Source: Thermoanaerobaculia bacterium
Lineage (GTDB): Bacteria; Acidobacteriota; Thermoanaerobaculia; UBA5066
Assembly (NCBI GenBank): GCA_963816185.1
Contig: CAWFJJ010000028.1
Coordinates: 544,001 to 608,000 of the forward strand
Length of the DNA: 64,000 nucleotides
Direction: 5' to 3'
A model generated the notes under the pieces. The model saw only the letters and a program-made list of their open reading frames with translations. It was not told the DNA's origin and searched no databases. The position numbers and the translations under genes were made by a program. Positions 41,913 through 51,424 of the stretch are shown piece after piece (the first letter of the stretch is position 1; every line of letters begins with the position of its first letter).

Positions 41913-44624
41913 CTAAATCCCGGCCTGCGGCTTGAGGTCGATCGTGCGCCGCGGCGAATAGTTCTTGAGGAAGCCGGCCACGCTCTCCTCCTGGGCGGCA
42001 CGGAGAGCCGCCTTGAGCTGAATCTGCTCGAGCGTCTGCGCGAGGCGGCGCGGGCCGCCCGTGTAGCTCGGGGCCTTGTCCTTGAAGAACGCCGCGACGT
42101 CCGCGCGGTGCGCCTCGTCGGAGAAGCCGGCCGCGAGCTGCGGGAAGCCGGCGGGCGACTCGCGCGGAAGCCGTGCGGCGAGCACGCTGAAGTTCGCCTT
42201 CAGGAAGGCCCAGACTCCCTCGCGCGTCGCGCGGTCGGAAGCCGCCTCGCGGAGCACGATGAGCGACTCACGCGCGTCGAAATCGGGCGACAGAGTCAGG
42301 TTCAATGCGAGCCTCTGGACGGACGGGTCGCGGAAAGAGCCGAGGGCCGCGAGGAGGCGCCAGCGCTCGCGTCGGTCTTTCGAGGATTTCGCCGCGGCGA
42401 GGAAAGCCGTGAACAGCTCCGCGTCGCCGTGCCGGGCCGCCACCGTCAGCACCGTGGGGAGCATCTCCGGCTCGATCGCGGAGCGATCCGTGAGCCACTT
42501 TCTCGCGAGCGACGTCGCCTCGGAGACGAGAGCGGGATCGTCCGCGTCCTCCGCCACGAGACCGATCACGGCCGACCGCAGGAGCTTCGTGTCCTCGTTC
42601 TCCCCGGGCTTGGACCTGAACCCGAGGGTGTGCGCCCGCGCACCGAACGTATCGGCCACGAAGCGCCGGTAGTTCGGGCGCAGGTCGTCCGTCACGAAGA
42701 GATCCCGCGGCGACGCCGCGATGCGGACCACCGCCTCCACGACCTGCCGGTCCGGGTCGCCGGCGAGAGCGGGCACGAGAGCCAGCGCCGTCGCCATCGG
42801 CACGTCGCCCGTGCGCGCGAGAGCCGCCACGTCCGTGAGAACGCCGACGCGCTCGGCGGTCGAGAGGTGCTTGCCGGAATCGGCGAGGACTTTTCCGAGC
42901 ATGCTCCCCTTGTAGAGGACGCGGTAGTACCCCGTGGAAGCGGCATTCGCGACGACCCGCTCGGGGCAGGGTCCGGCAAGCGGGAGAGCTCCCTTCTCTC
43001 CCGTGAGCAGCGTGCAAGCGGGAGTCGCCCCGGCCTCGCCGGTCCGCGCGCAGACGGGAATCCGCCATGTCTCTTTGGCCGAGCCTGACGAACCGGTCGG
43101 CAGAAAGCGCTTCTGCGAAAGCAGAACGCGCGGCGGGTCTCCGGTGCAGGCCAGCTCGGCCGTCACGAGCGGGACGCCCGGCTGGTCGAGGAACGAGAAG
43201 AAAGCGGCATTGACCGCCGGGTCCTTGGCCGCCGAGGCGATCGATCCGACGAAGTCGGCCGCCGTCGCGTTGCCGTATGCGTGGGCCTTCAGGTAATCGT
43301 GTACGCCCCTCCGGAAAGTCTCCTCGCCGACCCACGCCTCGAACATGTCGAGGACCGCGCTGCCTTTCTGGTACGTGATGCCGTCGAACGCGTTCTCGAT
43401 GTCGTCGTTCGATTCGATGGGCTGGCGGATGCGCCGGGCCGCCACGAGCGAATCCAGGTCCATCGCCAACGAGCGCGATCCCACGCGCGCCACGCGCGAG
43501 CCCCAATCGGGCTTCCAGGCGTCGATGATCTTGCTTCCCATCCACGTTGCGAACGATTCGTTCAGCCACACGTCGTTCCACCAGGCCATCGTCACGAGGT
43601 CGCCGAACCACTGATGTGCGGTCTCGTGGGCGCAGACGGACGCGTATTGCCGGCGGAAGCGGATCGTTTCGTCGGCCGGCTTGGAGAGGATGTAATTCGA
43701 GGCGTACGTGACGAGGCCGGGGTTCTCCATCGCGCCGAACCCGACCGTCTGGGGAATCACGAGATGATCGAGCTTCTCGTACGGGTACGGGGTGTCGAAG
43801 TAGTTTTCGAGCAGCTCGAGGATTCGTCCCGTGGACGCGGCGGCCCAGCGCGCGTCGGCTCCCCGGCCCCTCGGGACGATCATCCGGATGGGCACGCGCT
43901 TCCGGCCGGCGGTGCCCGCGGGCACGATGTCGAACGGGCCGACCCCCAGGGCGATCAGATAGCTCGGAAGCGGCTTCGTCGGCTCGAAGACCACCTTCTT
44001 CATGCCGCCGGCCTCGTTCGTCTCGGAGAGGACCGGCGTGTTCGACACGGCGACGAGGCTCTTCGGAACATGCAGCGTGAGCTGCCACGGGACCTTGAAC
44101 CCCGGCTCGTCGAAGCACGGGAACGCCTGCCGCGCGAAGATCGATTCGAACTGGCTGAAGACGTACCAGTCGTCTCCCTCCCGCTGCCGGAAGAGGCCAT
44201 GGGTGTCTTTGAGCTCGACGCGGCCCTTGTAGGCAAGCGTCACGACATATTCGCCCGGTGGAAGAATTCTTTGGAAATGAATACGGACGAAGTCCATTCC
44301 CGCGGCCGACGCCTCCGCCGGGACCCTGTCTCTCGGTCCGCCCACCGCGACCGCCGACGCCGACTCGACCGTGAGCTCCTTCCCGTTCAGCCACAGCGTG
44401 TCGGATTCCCCTTTCAAGGAAATCCGAATCTCCGTCCTTCCCCGGAACGTGTCCTTCGACGGATCGATCCAGAGCTCCGCCGCGTAGCCGAGCGGCGCGG
44501 CCCCCGCGGGCAGGCGCAGCTTCGGCGCCTCTGGCGGCGCGGGCGATTCAGCCGCGGAAACGGACGCCGTGAAGACGGATAGAAGGACTGCAGCGAAAGA
44601 AAGGGTGTGGACCGCTCGCTTCAT
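41913..44624 (-). CDS. Secreted M1 aminopeptidase N with ERAP1-like C-terminal domain
   Basis: ARQAFPCFDEP, GAMENPGL, HETAHQWFGDLVTMAWWNDVWLNES and ITYQKG. Confidence 0.95.
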   Translation of the reverse strand: MKRAVHTLSFAAVLLSVFTASVSAAESPAPPEAPKLRLPAGAAPLGYAAELWIDPSKDTFRGRTEIRISLKGESDTLWLNGKELTVESASAVAVGGPRDRVPAEASAAGMDFVRIHFQRILPPGEYVVTLAYKGRVELKDTHGLFRQREGDDWYVFSQFESIFARQAFPCFDEPGFKVPWQLTLHVPKSLVAVSNTPVLSETNEAGGMKKVVFEPTKPLPSYLIALGVGPFDIVPAGTAGRKRVPIRMIVPRGRGADARWAAASTGRILELLENYFDTPYPYEKLDHLVIPQTVGFGAMENPGLVTYASNYILSKPADETIRFRRQYASVCAHETAHQWFGDLVTMAWWNDVWLNESFATWMGSKIIDAWKPDWGSRVARVGSRSLAMDLDSLVAARRIRQPIESNDDIENAFDGITYQKGSAVLDMFEAWVGEETFRRGVHDYLKAHAYGNATAADFVGSIASAAKDPAVNAAFFSFLDQPGVPLVTAELACTGDPPRVLLSQKRFLPTGSSGSAKETWRIPVCARTGEAGATPACTLLTGEKGALPLAGPCPERVVANAASTGYYRVLYKGSMLGKVLADSGKHLSTAERVGVLTDVAALARTGDVPMATALALVPALAGDPDRQVVEAVVRIAASPRDLFVTDDLRPNYRRFVADTFGARAHTLGFRSKPGENEDTKLLRSAVIGLVAEDADDPALVSEATSLARKWLTDRSAIEPEMLPTVLTVAARHGDAELFTAFLAAAKSSKDRRERWRLLAALGSFRDPSVQRLALNLTLSPDFDARESLIVLREAASDRATREGVWAFLKANFSVLAARLPRESPAGFPQLAAGFSDEAHRADVAAFFKDKAPSYTGGPRRLAQTLEQIQLKAALRAAQEESVAGFLKNYSPRRTIDLKPQAGI

Positions 44625-44681
44625 GTTACGGACTTTACGATGGTTTCCCGCCGCGCCCGCTGCGATAACATTTCCCCCCTC

Positions 44682-46433
44682 ATGACCATTCTAAGAAATC
44701 TCTCTCTTCTTCTCGCATTCGCGTTCGCCACCGCGGCCTGCCGGAAACCCGAGACGAAACCCGTCTCCCCCACTCCGGCTCCCGAGCCCACGCGCGTCTC
44801 CTCTTCGATCCGGTTCGAGGACGTGACCAAAGCCTCGGGCGTGGCGTTCACGCACGTGAACGGCGCCGCCGGAAAGAAGTGGATGCCCGAGACGATGGGC
44901 TCGGGCGTGGCCGCATTCGACGCCGACGGCGACGGCCGCATCGACCTTCTCTTCGTGAACGGCCGCTACTGGCCGGGCGATCCCCGCGGCGCCGCGGGAC
45001 AGCCAACGCTCGCGTTCTACCGCAACGTCACGGAGAGAGGCGGTGCGATCCGCTTCGAGGACCGCACGAAGGAGAGCGGGCTCGCGGTCTCTCTCTTCGG
45101 CATGGGCGTCGCCGTCGGCGACGTGAACGACGACGGGTTTCCCGACGTCGTGATCACCGGTCTCGACGACATCCGCCTGTTCCTGAACGACGGAAAAGGC
45201 CGCTTCCGCGACGCGACGAAAGGCTCCGGCCTCGTCGGCTCGGGCTGGGGCACGTCGGCGGCGTTCGCGGACTTCGACGGCGACGGCGTCCTCGACCTTT
45301 TCGTCGGCCAGTACGTCAACTGGACGCCGAAGACGGACATGTACTGCTCGCTGGACGGGAAGACGAAGTCCTACTGCACGCCCGAGCGCTATCCCGGCAC
45401 GCCCTCGCGGCTCTACAAGGGCCTCGGCGGCGGGAAGTTCAAGGAGATTACGAAGGAGGCCGGCCTCGTGAACCCGCTCGGCAAGGCGCTCGGCGTCGCG
45501 GTGCGCGACGTCGACGGCGACGGCCGCATCGACATCGTCGTCGCGAACGACACCTCTCCGAATAATCTCTGCCGGAACGAGAAGACCGTGAACGGCATCC
45601 CGGTGTTCCGGGACATCGCCGTCGAGGCCGGCATCGCCGTCGGAGAGGACGGCCGCGCGCGCGGGGCGATGGGCGCCGCGTTCGGCGACACGAAGAACGA
45701 CGGCGGAGTCTCGCTCGTGATCGGCAACTTTTCGAACGAGATGTGGTCCGTCTGGAGCGCCGGGCCGAAAGGCGACTTCTTCGTGGACGAGTCCGTGCAA
45801 AGCGGCATCGGCCGGACCTCCCTTCTGCCGCTCACATTCGGCGTCGCGTTCGCCGACTTCGACCTCGACGGCGTGCTCGATCTCGTGGGGGTTAACGGAC
45901 ACGTGGAGACCTCCGTCCAGGACGTCCAGCCGACCGTGACGTATCGGCAGCCTCCGCTCCTCTTCCGTGGGCTCGGCGCCGGCCGGTTCGCCGACGTGTC
46001 GTCTCAGGTCGGCGCGAGCTTTCTCGTCCCGATCGTCGGGCGCGGCCTGGCCGTGGCCGACCTCGACGGCGACGGACGGCCCGACCTCGTCGTGACCGAG
46101 AACGGAGGCCCCGCGCACATCTTCCGAAACGTCACCGAGACGCCCGCGCACTCCGTGAGGCTCCAGCTCGCGACGAAGACGAAGAATCGCGGCGCCCTCG
46201 GAGCCCGCGTGACGTGCTCGATCGGCGGCAAGACGCGCGTGGACGAGGTGTCGGGCGGCGACGGCTATCTCTCCGTCAACGACCGGACAATAACGCTCGG
46301 CCTCGGCTCGGCTGCGACGCTCGACGCGGTCGACGTCCGATGGCCGGACGGCACGACGGCCTCCGAAAAGGGCCTCGCGCCGGGCCTCTACCGGTGGGTC
46401 GAAGGGGAATCCCCGGCGGCGGTGAAACGCTAG
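44682..46433 (+). CDS. CRTAC1 family lipoprotein (FG-GAP repeats plus ASPIC/UnbV domain)
   Basis: Lipobox TAAC; ETMGSGVAAFDADGDG; repeated DxDGDG; RGLAVADLDGDG; NRGALGARV...GYLS...LGLG...VRWPDG. Confidence 0.9.
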   Translation: MTILRNLSLLLAFAFATAACRKPETKPVSPTPAPEPTRVSSSIRFEDVTKASGVAFTHVNGAAGKKWMPETMGSGVAAFDADGDGRIDLLFVNGRYWPGDPRGAAGQPTLAFYRNVTERGGAIRFEDRTKESGLAVSLFGMGVAVGDVNDDGFPDVVITGLDDIRLFLNDGKGRFRDATKGSGLVGSGWGTSAAFADFDGDGVLDLFVGQYVNWTPKTDMYCSLDGKTKSYCTPERYPGTPSRLYKGLGGGKFKEITKEAGLVNPLGKALGVAVRDVDGDGRIDIVVANDTSPNNLCRNEKTVNGIPVFRDIAVEAGIAVGEDGRARGAMGAAFGDTKNDGGVSLVIGNFSNEMWSVWSAGPKGDFFVDESVQSGIGRTSLLPLTFGVAFADFDLDGVLDLVGVNGHVETSVQDVQPTVTYRQPPLLFRGLGAGRFADVSSQVGASFLVPIVGRGLAVADLDGDGRPDLVVTENGGPAHIFRNVTETPAHSVRLQLATKTKNRGALGARVTCSIGGKTRVDEVSGGDGYLSVNDRTITLGLGSAATLDAVDVRWPDGTTASEKGLAPGLYRWVEGESPAAVKR

Positions 46434-46436
46434 CCG

Positions 46437-48005
46437 TCACCTCAGCCCCATCTCCTCGAGGTCCAGCTCGTACTGGATCCGGTTCAGCACGTCGTCGCCG
46501 ATGACTTCTTCCTTCCTCAGGCGCAGAAGCTGATCGCGCTGCACGTCGAGAGCCTCGCGGCGCAGCGCCTTCGTCGTGCCGACCGTCGCGAGCCCGGCCG
46601 GCGCCTCACCCTCGAGCCCCCTCAGCGCCCGCACCCTCTGCACGTACTCCTGCCTCACGGGATGAACCTGGTGCGCGTGTATCGCGCCCGCATCCAGCTT
46701 CCCGTCGAGATGTCCGATCGCGGCCTCGGCGAGCTTGAGTCGGGCGTGGCGCTCCTCGCGCTCGGCGGTTCGGTCCTCGGCGACCTGAAGCCAGCGGATG
46801 AGGGGCGGCAGCGTGAGGCCCTGGATCAGGAGCGAGCACAGGATGACCGCGAACGTGAGGAAGACGAGAAAGTTGCGCGCCGGGAACGGGCTTCCGTCCG
46901 CGAGGGTGAACGGGAGGGAGAGCGCAGCCGCGAGCGAGACGACGCCGCGCATCCCGGCCCAGCCCACGATCGTCACGCCCTGCCAGGGCGGGTACGGATG
47001 CGTCTTCCGGAAGCTCTCCGAGAGGAATCGCGGCAGATACGCGCCCGGAAACATCCAAACGAGACGGACGAGCACCATGGCGCCGAACGCCGCGAACACG
47101 CCGTCCACGACGGTCGGCCAGGGGCGGTCGAGGCCGCGCAGGATCATGGGAAGCTGAAGCCCGATCAGGACGAAGACGAGCGCGTTGAGCAGGAACACCA
47201 GCGTCTGCCAGACCGCGGCGCCCTCGAGCCGTGTCGCGGACGACCAGATGTGCGGCACGTAACGCCCCTGCAGCAGACCGCCCACGACCACGGCGAGGAC
47301 GCCCGAGACGTGCAGGCGTTCCGCCACGATGTAAATGAGAAAGGAGAAGAGAATCGACGCCGTCGTGGCGAGGATCGGCTCGTCGAGAAAGCGCTGGACC
47401 CAGACGAAGAGGAATCCCATTGCGAGCCCCACCGCAATGCCCCCCGCGACGAGGAGCGCGAACTCGAGCACGCCCGACGCGATCGAGAACGAGCCCGTCA
47501 CGACGGCGGCCGTCGCGAACTTGAGGAGCACGAGGCCCGTGGCGTCGTTCACGAGGCTCTCGCCTTCGAGGATGGTCACGATCTGTCGCGGAAGATGCAG
47601 CCGCTGCGCGATCGCCGTGGCGGCGACGGCGTCCGGCGGGGAGACGATCGCGCCGAGCACGAGGGCGACGGGCCATGCGATTCCCGGGACGAGCGCGTGA
47701 ACGGCCGCCGCGACGGCCGTCGTCGTGGCGATGACGAGGCCCACGGCCAGGAGCGTGATCGAGAACAGATTCGTCCTGAAGTCGCGCCACGAAGTGAAGT
47801 ACCCGGCGGCGTACAGGATCGGCGGCAGAAAGAGCAGGAAGACGAGCTGCGGATCGAGCGTCACGACCGGAAGGGAGGGGATGAATCCCAGGCCCATCCC
47901 CGCGACGACGAGCACGATCGGATACGGCACGTTCACCTTGCGCGCGAGAAAAGCGAGCGCCGTCGTGAGGACGAGAAGGGTCAGGATCGTTTCGACCGTG
48001 CGCAC
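46437..48005 (-). CDS. Na+/H+ antiporter, CPA1 family
   Basis: FLPPILY, SPPDAVA, LEGESLVNDATG and GMRGVVSLAAAL. Confidence 0.93.
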   Translation of the reverse strand: MRTVETILTLLVLTTALAFLARKVNVPYPIVLVVAGMGLGFIPSLPVVTLDPQLVFLLFLPPILYAAGYFTSWRDFRTNLFSITLLAVGLVIATTTAVAAAVHALVPGIAWPVALVLGAIVSPPDAVAATAIAQRLHLPRQIVTILEGESLVNDATGLVLLKFATAAVVTGSFSIASGVLEFALLVAGGIAVGLAMGFLFVWVQRFLDEPILATTASILFSFLIYIVAERLHVSGVLAVVVGGLLQGRYVPHIWSSATRLEGAAVWQTLVFLLNALVFVLIGLQLPMILRGLDRPWPTVVDGVFAAFGAMVLVRLVWMFPGAYLPRFLSESFRKTHPYPPWQGVTIVGWAGMRGVVSLAAALSLPFTLADGSPFPARNFLVFLTFAVILCSLLIQGLTLPPLIRWLQVAEDRTAEREERHARLKLAEAAIGHLDGKLDAGAIHAHQVHPVRQEYVQRVRALRGLEGEAPAGLATVGTTKALRREALDVQRDQLLRLRKEEVIGDDVLNRIQYELDLEEMGLR

Positions 48006-48039
48006 ACCCGATTCTCGCTTACAATCGGAGTTCAACATC

Positions 48040-48736
48040 ATGTCGGGACGCACGGCCATCGTGGCGGGCGCCAGCGGTCTCGTAGGCGGGCAATGCCTGC
48101 GCCGCCTTCTGGCGAGCGGCCTCCACGAGCACGTCGTCGCGTTCGTCCGCGGCCCGCTCAGCGTGACTCACAAGCGGCTGGAGCAGCGGACGGTCGACTT
48201 CGAGAGGCTCGGCCGGATGTCGGCTTTCCCCCGCGTTCAGGATGTCTTCTGCTGCCTCGGCACGACGATGAAGAAGGCGGGTTCCGAGGCTGGCGTTCCG
48301 GAAGGTCGACTACGAGTATGTGGTGCGCCTCGCGGAAACTTCCCTCCGCACGGGCGCGGACCATTTCTATCTCGTGAGCGCCATCGGCGCCGACCCGAAG
48401 TCACGAATCTTCTACAGCCGCGTGAAAGGCGAGGCCGAAGACTCCGTCGCGAAGCTCGGCTTCCAGGGGCTGCACATCTTCCGGCCGTCGTTCCTGATCG
48501 GCCACAGGACCGAAAAGCGCCCGGGAGAGGCGGCCGGGATCGTGGCCGCGCGCCTCTTTTCCTTCGTGCTCGTCGGGCCGGCCCGGAAGTACCGGCCGAT
48601 CAAGGTCGACACGGTCGCGCGCGCGATGGTCGCGGTCGCGCACGAGCGCCCCGCCGGCACGCACATTTACACGGCCGACGAGATGGAGGGGCTCGCGACC
48701 CTTACGAACCCGCTGCCTTTTGGACGGCCGCCTTGA
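48040..48736 (+). CDS. NAD(P)H-binding oxidoreductase (YraR/TIP30-like atypical SDR); +1 frameshift near 48292
   Basis: VAGASGLVG and FCCLGTTMKKAGS, then after removing one G: AAFRKVDY...VSAIGAD...YSRVKGE...FRPSFL. Confidence 0.82.
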
Positions 48737-49319
48737 GATCTCCGTACGCCACGCTTCCCGCCGAAAGGTCGTCGAGCGTGGGAACGGTGAGCGCGTGCTG
48801 CCCCGTCACGAGCGCCTCGAGCTTCGACGTCGGAGGGACGAAGAAGCGCCATTGGCTGAGGTCGAGCGGGTCGACCGTGGCCCGTTCGACGTAATCGAGG
48901 AGCGCGAAGACGTAGACCTGCGCGCGGTGCGCGGTGTGCTGAGGGCCCACCGCCCGGCCGTGCGAGGGGTGAACCTGCGGTACGAAGATGACCTTTGACA
49001 AATCCCGCTGGTGAAACGTCTTGAGAAACGAAGCGGATTTGACCCGAACCTCGACGCCGTCCGGCGTCACGAGGTCGAGCGACGAGTGCTCATCGCGCGG
49101 CCCCTCCGCGTGTGCGCCGAGGGCAGTCGCCACGATGAACTCGGCGAGCCGCGCCCGCGTCAGGCTGTTGAGGAGATCGGACTCGCTCCACCGCCAGAAG
49201 TCCAGCAGTGTCACGCCGAGCGGCCCCCAGGAGCACCGGAAAGGCTCGGAGCCGGTCAGGGCTCCCGAAAGGCCGACCGGTCCGGCCACAGGCTGCTCGA
49301 GGACTTTTTCGGTAGCCAT
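48702..49319 (-). CDS. Hypothetical protein, restriction-endonuclease-like (PD-(D/E)XK) fold
   Basis: DFWRWSESDLL...RARLAEFIVA...DLVTPDGVEVRVKSA...YVFAL...PLDLSQWRF. Confidence 0.6.
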   Translation of the reverse strand: MATEKVLEQPVAGPVGLSGALTGSEPFRCSWGPLGVTLLDFWRWSESDLLNSLTRARLAEFIVATALGAHAEGPRDEHSSLDLVTPDGVEVRVKSASFLKTFHQRDLSKVIFVPQVHPSHGRAVGPQHTAHRAQVYVFALLDYVERATVDPLDLSQWRFFVPPTSKLEALVTGQHALTVPTLDDLSAGSVAYGDLKAAVQKAAGS

Positions 49320-49397
49320 GTAAGTACCAACAGGCTACAAGCTCGGCGCAGAATGAGAATGATCAAGGTGCTCTAGATCTCGGCTTTGAGGTCGCCT

Positions 49398-49733
49398 TCA
49401 ACGACCGTCAGCCGGAGGCAAGAGCGGGGGTTCCGCCGGAGGGCCCTGCGTCGGAGCACCGGTTCGACCCGTTCGCCGGGTGACGAAAAGCACCGCGAGC
49501 GTCCACGTCGGGGCGAGGTCGATCCCTGGGACGAGCTCGGCAAGGAAGGCCGGAAAGAAGGCCCAATGCCATCCGAGAAGAGCGACCATCGCGGCCCCGA
49601 CCGCGAGGTCGAGCGCCGCGTCGACGACCTCGAGGGCGCCTCCGGCGAAGAGCGGCAGCAGCCCGATTTGAACGGCATCGGCCGCGACCGCGATGATTCG
49701 CGCGGCGAGGACGCGGCGTTGCGCTTCTTGCAC
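49398..49733 (-). CDS. Small hypothetical membrane protein
   Basis: Hydrophobic; ELVPGIDLAPTWT. GTG is 6 nt after TAACGT. Confidence 0.6.
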   Translation of the reverse strand: MQEAQRRVLAARIIAVAADAVQIGLLPLFAGGALEVVDAALDLAVGAAMVALLGWHWAFFPAFLAELVPGIDLAPTWTLAVLFVTRRTGRTGAPTQGPPAEPPLLPPADGR

Positions 49734-49797
49734 GCGAGCACGTTAGGCTCGGCGGGCGGCGGCGGTCAACGAGCGCGACCCCGAAGCGGTATCCGGC

Positions 49798-50844
49798 CTA
49801 CTTCAGCCTCGCGAGGATTCCCGTGATGCGCTTTTTCTGGTCCTCCGGGGCCATGGCCAACGCCTTCTGGTAGCTCTCGCGCGCGCCCTTCACGTCGCCG
49901 GCCTTCTCGAGCCCTTCCCCGAGGCTGTCCCAGACGTTCCAGGACTGCGGGTGGTCTTTCGTGTTCTTGCGGAACATTTCGAGGGCTTCGGCGGTCTTGT
50001 TGTCCCCGAGGAGCTGGTACCCGAGGGAGTTCACGTCCACCTCGGTCGCGAGCGGCATCGCCTCGGCCCGTAGCTGGGCGGCGTCCTTCGCGTCGCCCTT
50101 CTTCTCGAGGAGCGCGCCTTCGTGCGCAGGTTCGCGAACGTCTTCTGCATCTTGATCGACCGGTCCACCCACGCCATCGCCTCGTCCGTCGTGACGTCGT
50201 TGCGGGCGCACCAGGCGGCAGCCTGATTCCAGCCCTGCCAGGAGAAGCGCGGCAGTCCGCGAAGCTGCTCGCGAAGATTCGCAAGCGTGACCTGTTTCGC
50301 GTCGATCGCGATCGGGACCGCGACGCGGAGCTTTTCCCAACGCAGCGCGAGGGCCGTGGCGTCGTTCGTGGGCTCGTCGAAGGTGAAGACGAGCCGCTCG
50401 ACGAACTCCGCCGGCTCCGGCCTGACGCTCACGCGGACGACGTCCTCCTTCTGGTCGTAGCTGAAGCTGCCCCAGGCTTTCGACTCCGAGCTCAGGATGA
50501 CCGTCCAGTCGCTTTCCTGAGGCAGCATGTGGAGTCCGTACGTGCCCGCCGGCACCGCCTTCCCGCCGAACGTGAACGGCGTCGAGGCGGTGAGCGTCGT
50601 GTTCTCGTTCGCGCCGGCGCGCCAGACGTCGCCGTACGGCACGAGCGCGCCCCAGATCTTCCGCTTGTTCACGGCGGGGCGGTGATACGTGACTTTGAAT
50701 TCCGCCAGTCCGATCGTCCTGGGTGACGGACGCCTCCGGGCTTGCCTGCGGCAGCACGATCGGCTGCGGCTGGGCGGAGGCGGCAGGGGCAAAAGCGAGA
50801 AAAACGGGGACGAAAGCGATCAGGGCGGTTCGGACGCGTTTCAT
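49798..50844 (-). CDS. DUF2911 domain secreted protein with C-terminal TPRs; two compensating frameshifts (about 50718 and about 50114)
   Basis: Signal peptide and LPQASPEASVTQ in one frame; TIG...YHRP...IWGALVPYGDVWRAGANENT...WG in ORF 50031; TPRs (VNSLGYQLL, NVWDSLGE) back in the first frame. Confidence 0.82.
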   Translation of the reverse strand: MKRVRTALIAFVPVFLAFAPAASAQPQPIVLPQASPEASVTQDDRTGGIQSHVSPPRREQAEDLGRARAVRRRLARRREREHDAHRLDAVHVRREGGAGGHVRTPHAASGKRLDGHPELGVESLGQLQLRPEGGRRPRERQAGAGGVRRAARLHLRRAHERRHGPRAALGKAPRRGPDRDRRETGHACESSRAASRTAALLLAGLESGCRLVRPQRRHDGRGDGVGGPVDQDAEDVREPAHEGALLEKKGDAKDAAQLRAEAMPLATEVDVNSLGYQLLGDNKTAEALEMFRKNTKDHPQSWNVWDSLGEGLEKAGDVKGARESYQKALAMAPEDQKKRITGILARLK

Positions 50845-50995
50845 GGAATGCCTCCCTTCGGGCAATGCCGTTTTTCTTAGAGGGTGAATACGGAATGCTC
50901 TCCGCAGGGTTTCGGCGCAGCGCATGCGGGGCGTGGCGCCTTGGCTCCCTTCCTCGCGGCAGCCATTCACCGACACAGGTCTTATCATCGCGGGC

Positions 50996-51409
50996 ATGGC
51001 TCCTTCCGCGAAGCGCAGATCCGCCTCGCCGGGCAAGCGGACCGCCGGGGCGGCCCCGAAACGGCCCGGGTTGTCGTCGTCCAAGCCGTTCCTTCGTTTC
51101 TATGTCCCGGCGGACCTGAGCAAGAAGACGCTTTCGGTCCTCAACACGCTCGAGGAGGCTCCGGACGCCACCTTGTACCGTGACGCCCTGGCGGACGTCG
51201 TCGTGGAGCTGACGAACAGCGGCATGGACTACTACTTCATGAAGCCGCTGAAGCTCGCGAAGGCCGGCTTCATCGTGCAGCAAACGGCGGACCTCGGCCT
51301 GGCAGGCGCGCTGCGGGTGATGGGATCCGTTATCCGTAACATCATCACCCGCATGGATGGGCCTCAACTGCTGTCGGTCTGCGCCTCCATCCGGCAGTTC
51401 ATGCTTTGA
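50996..51409 (+). CDS. Hypothetical protein
   Basis: Host-like codon usage; helical C-terminal domain. ATG is 7 nt after TATCAT. Confidence 0.6.
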   Translation: MAPSAKRRSASPGKRTAGAAPKRPGLSSSKPFLRFYVPADLSKKTLSVLNTLEEAPDATLYRDALADVVVELTNSGMDYYFMKPLKLAKAGFIVQQTADLGLAGALRVMGSVIRNIITRMDGPQLLSVCASIRQFML

Positions 51410-51424
51410 AGCTCCCGCCGCGCC

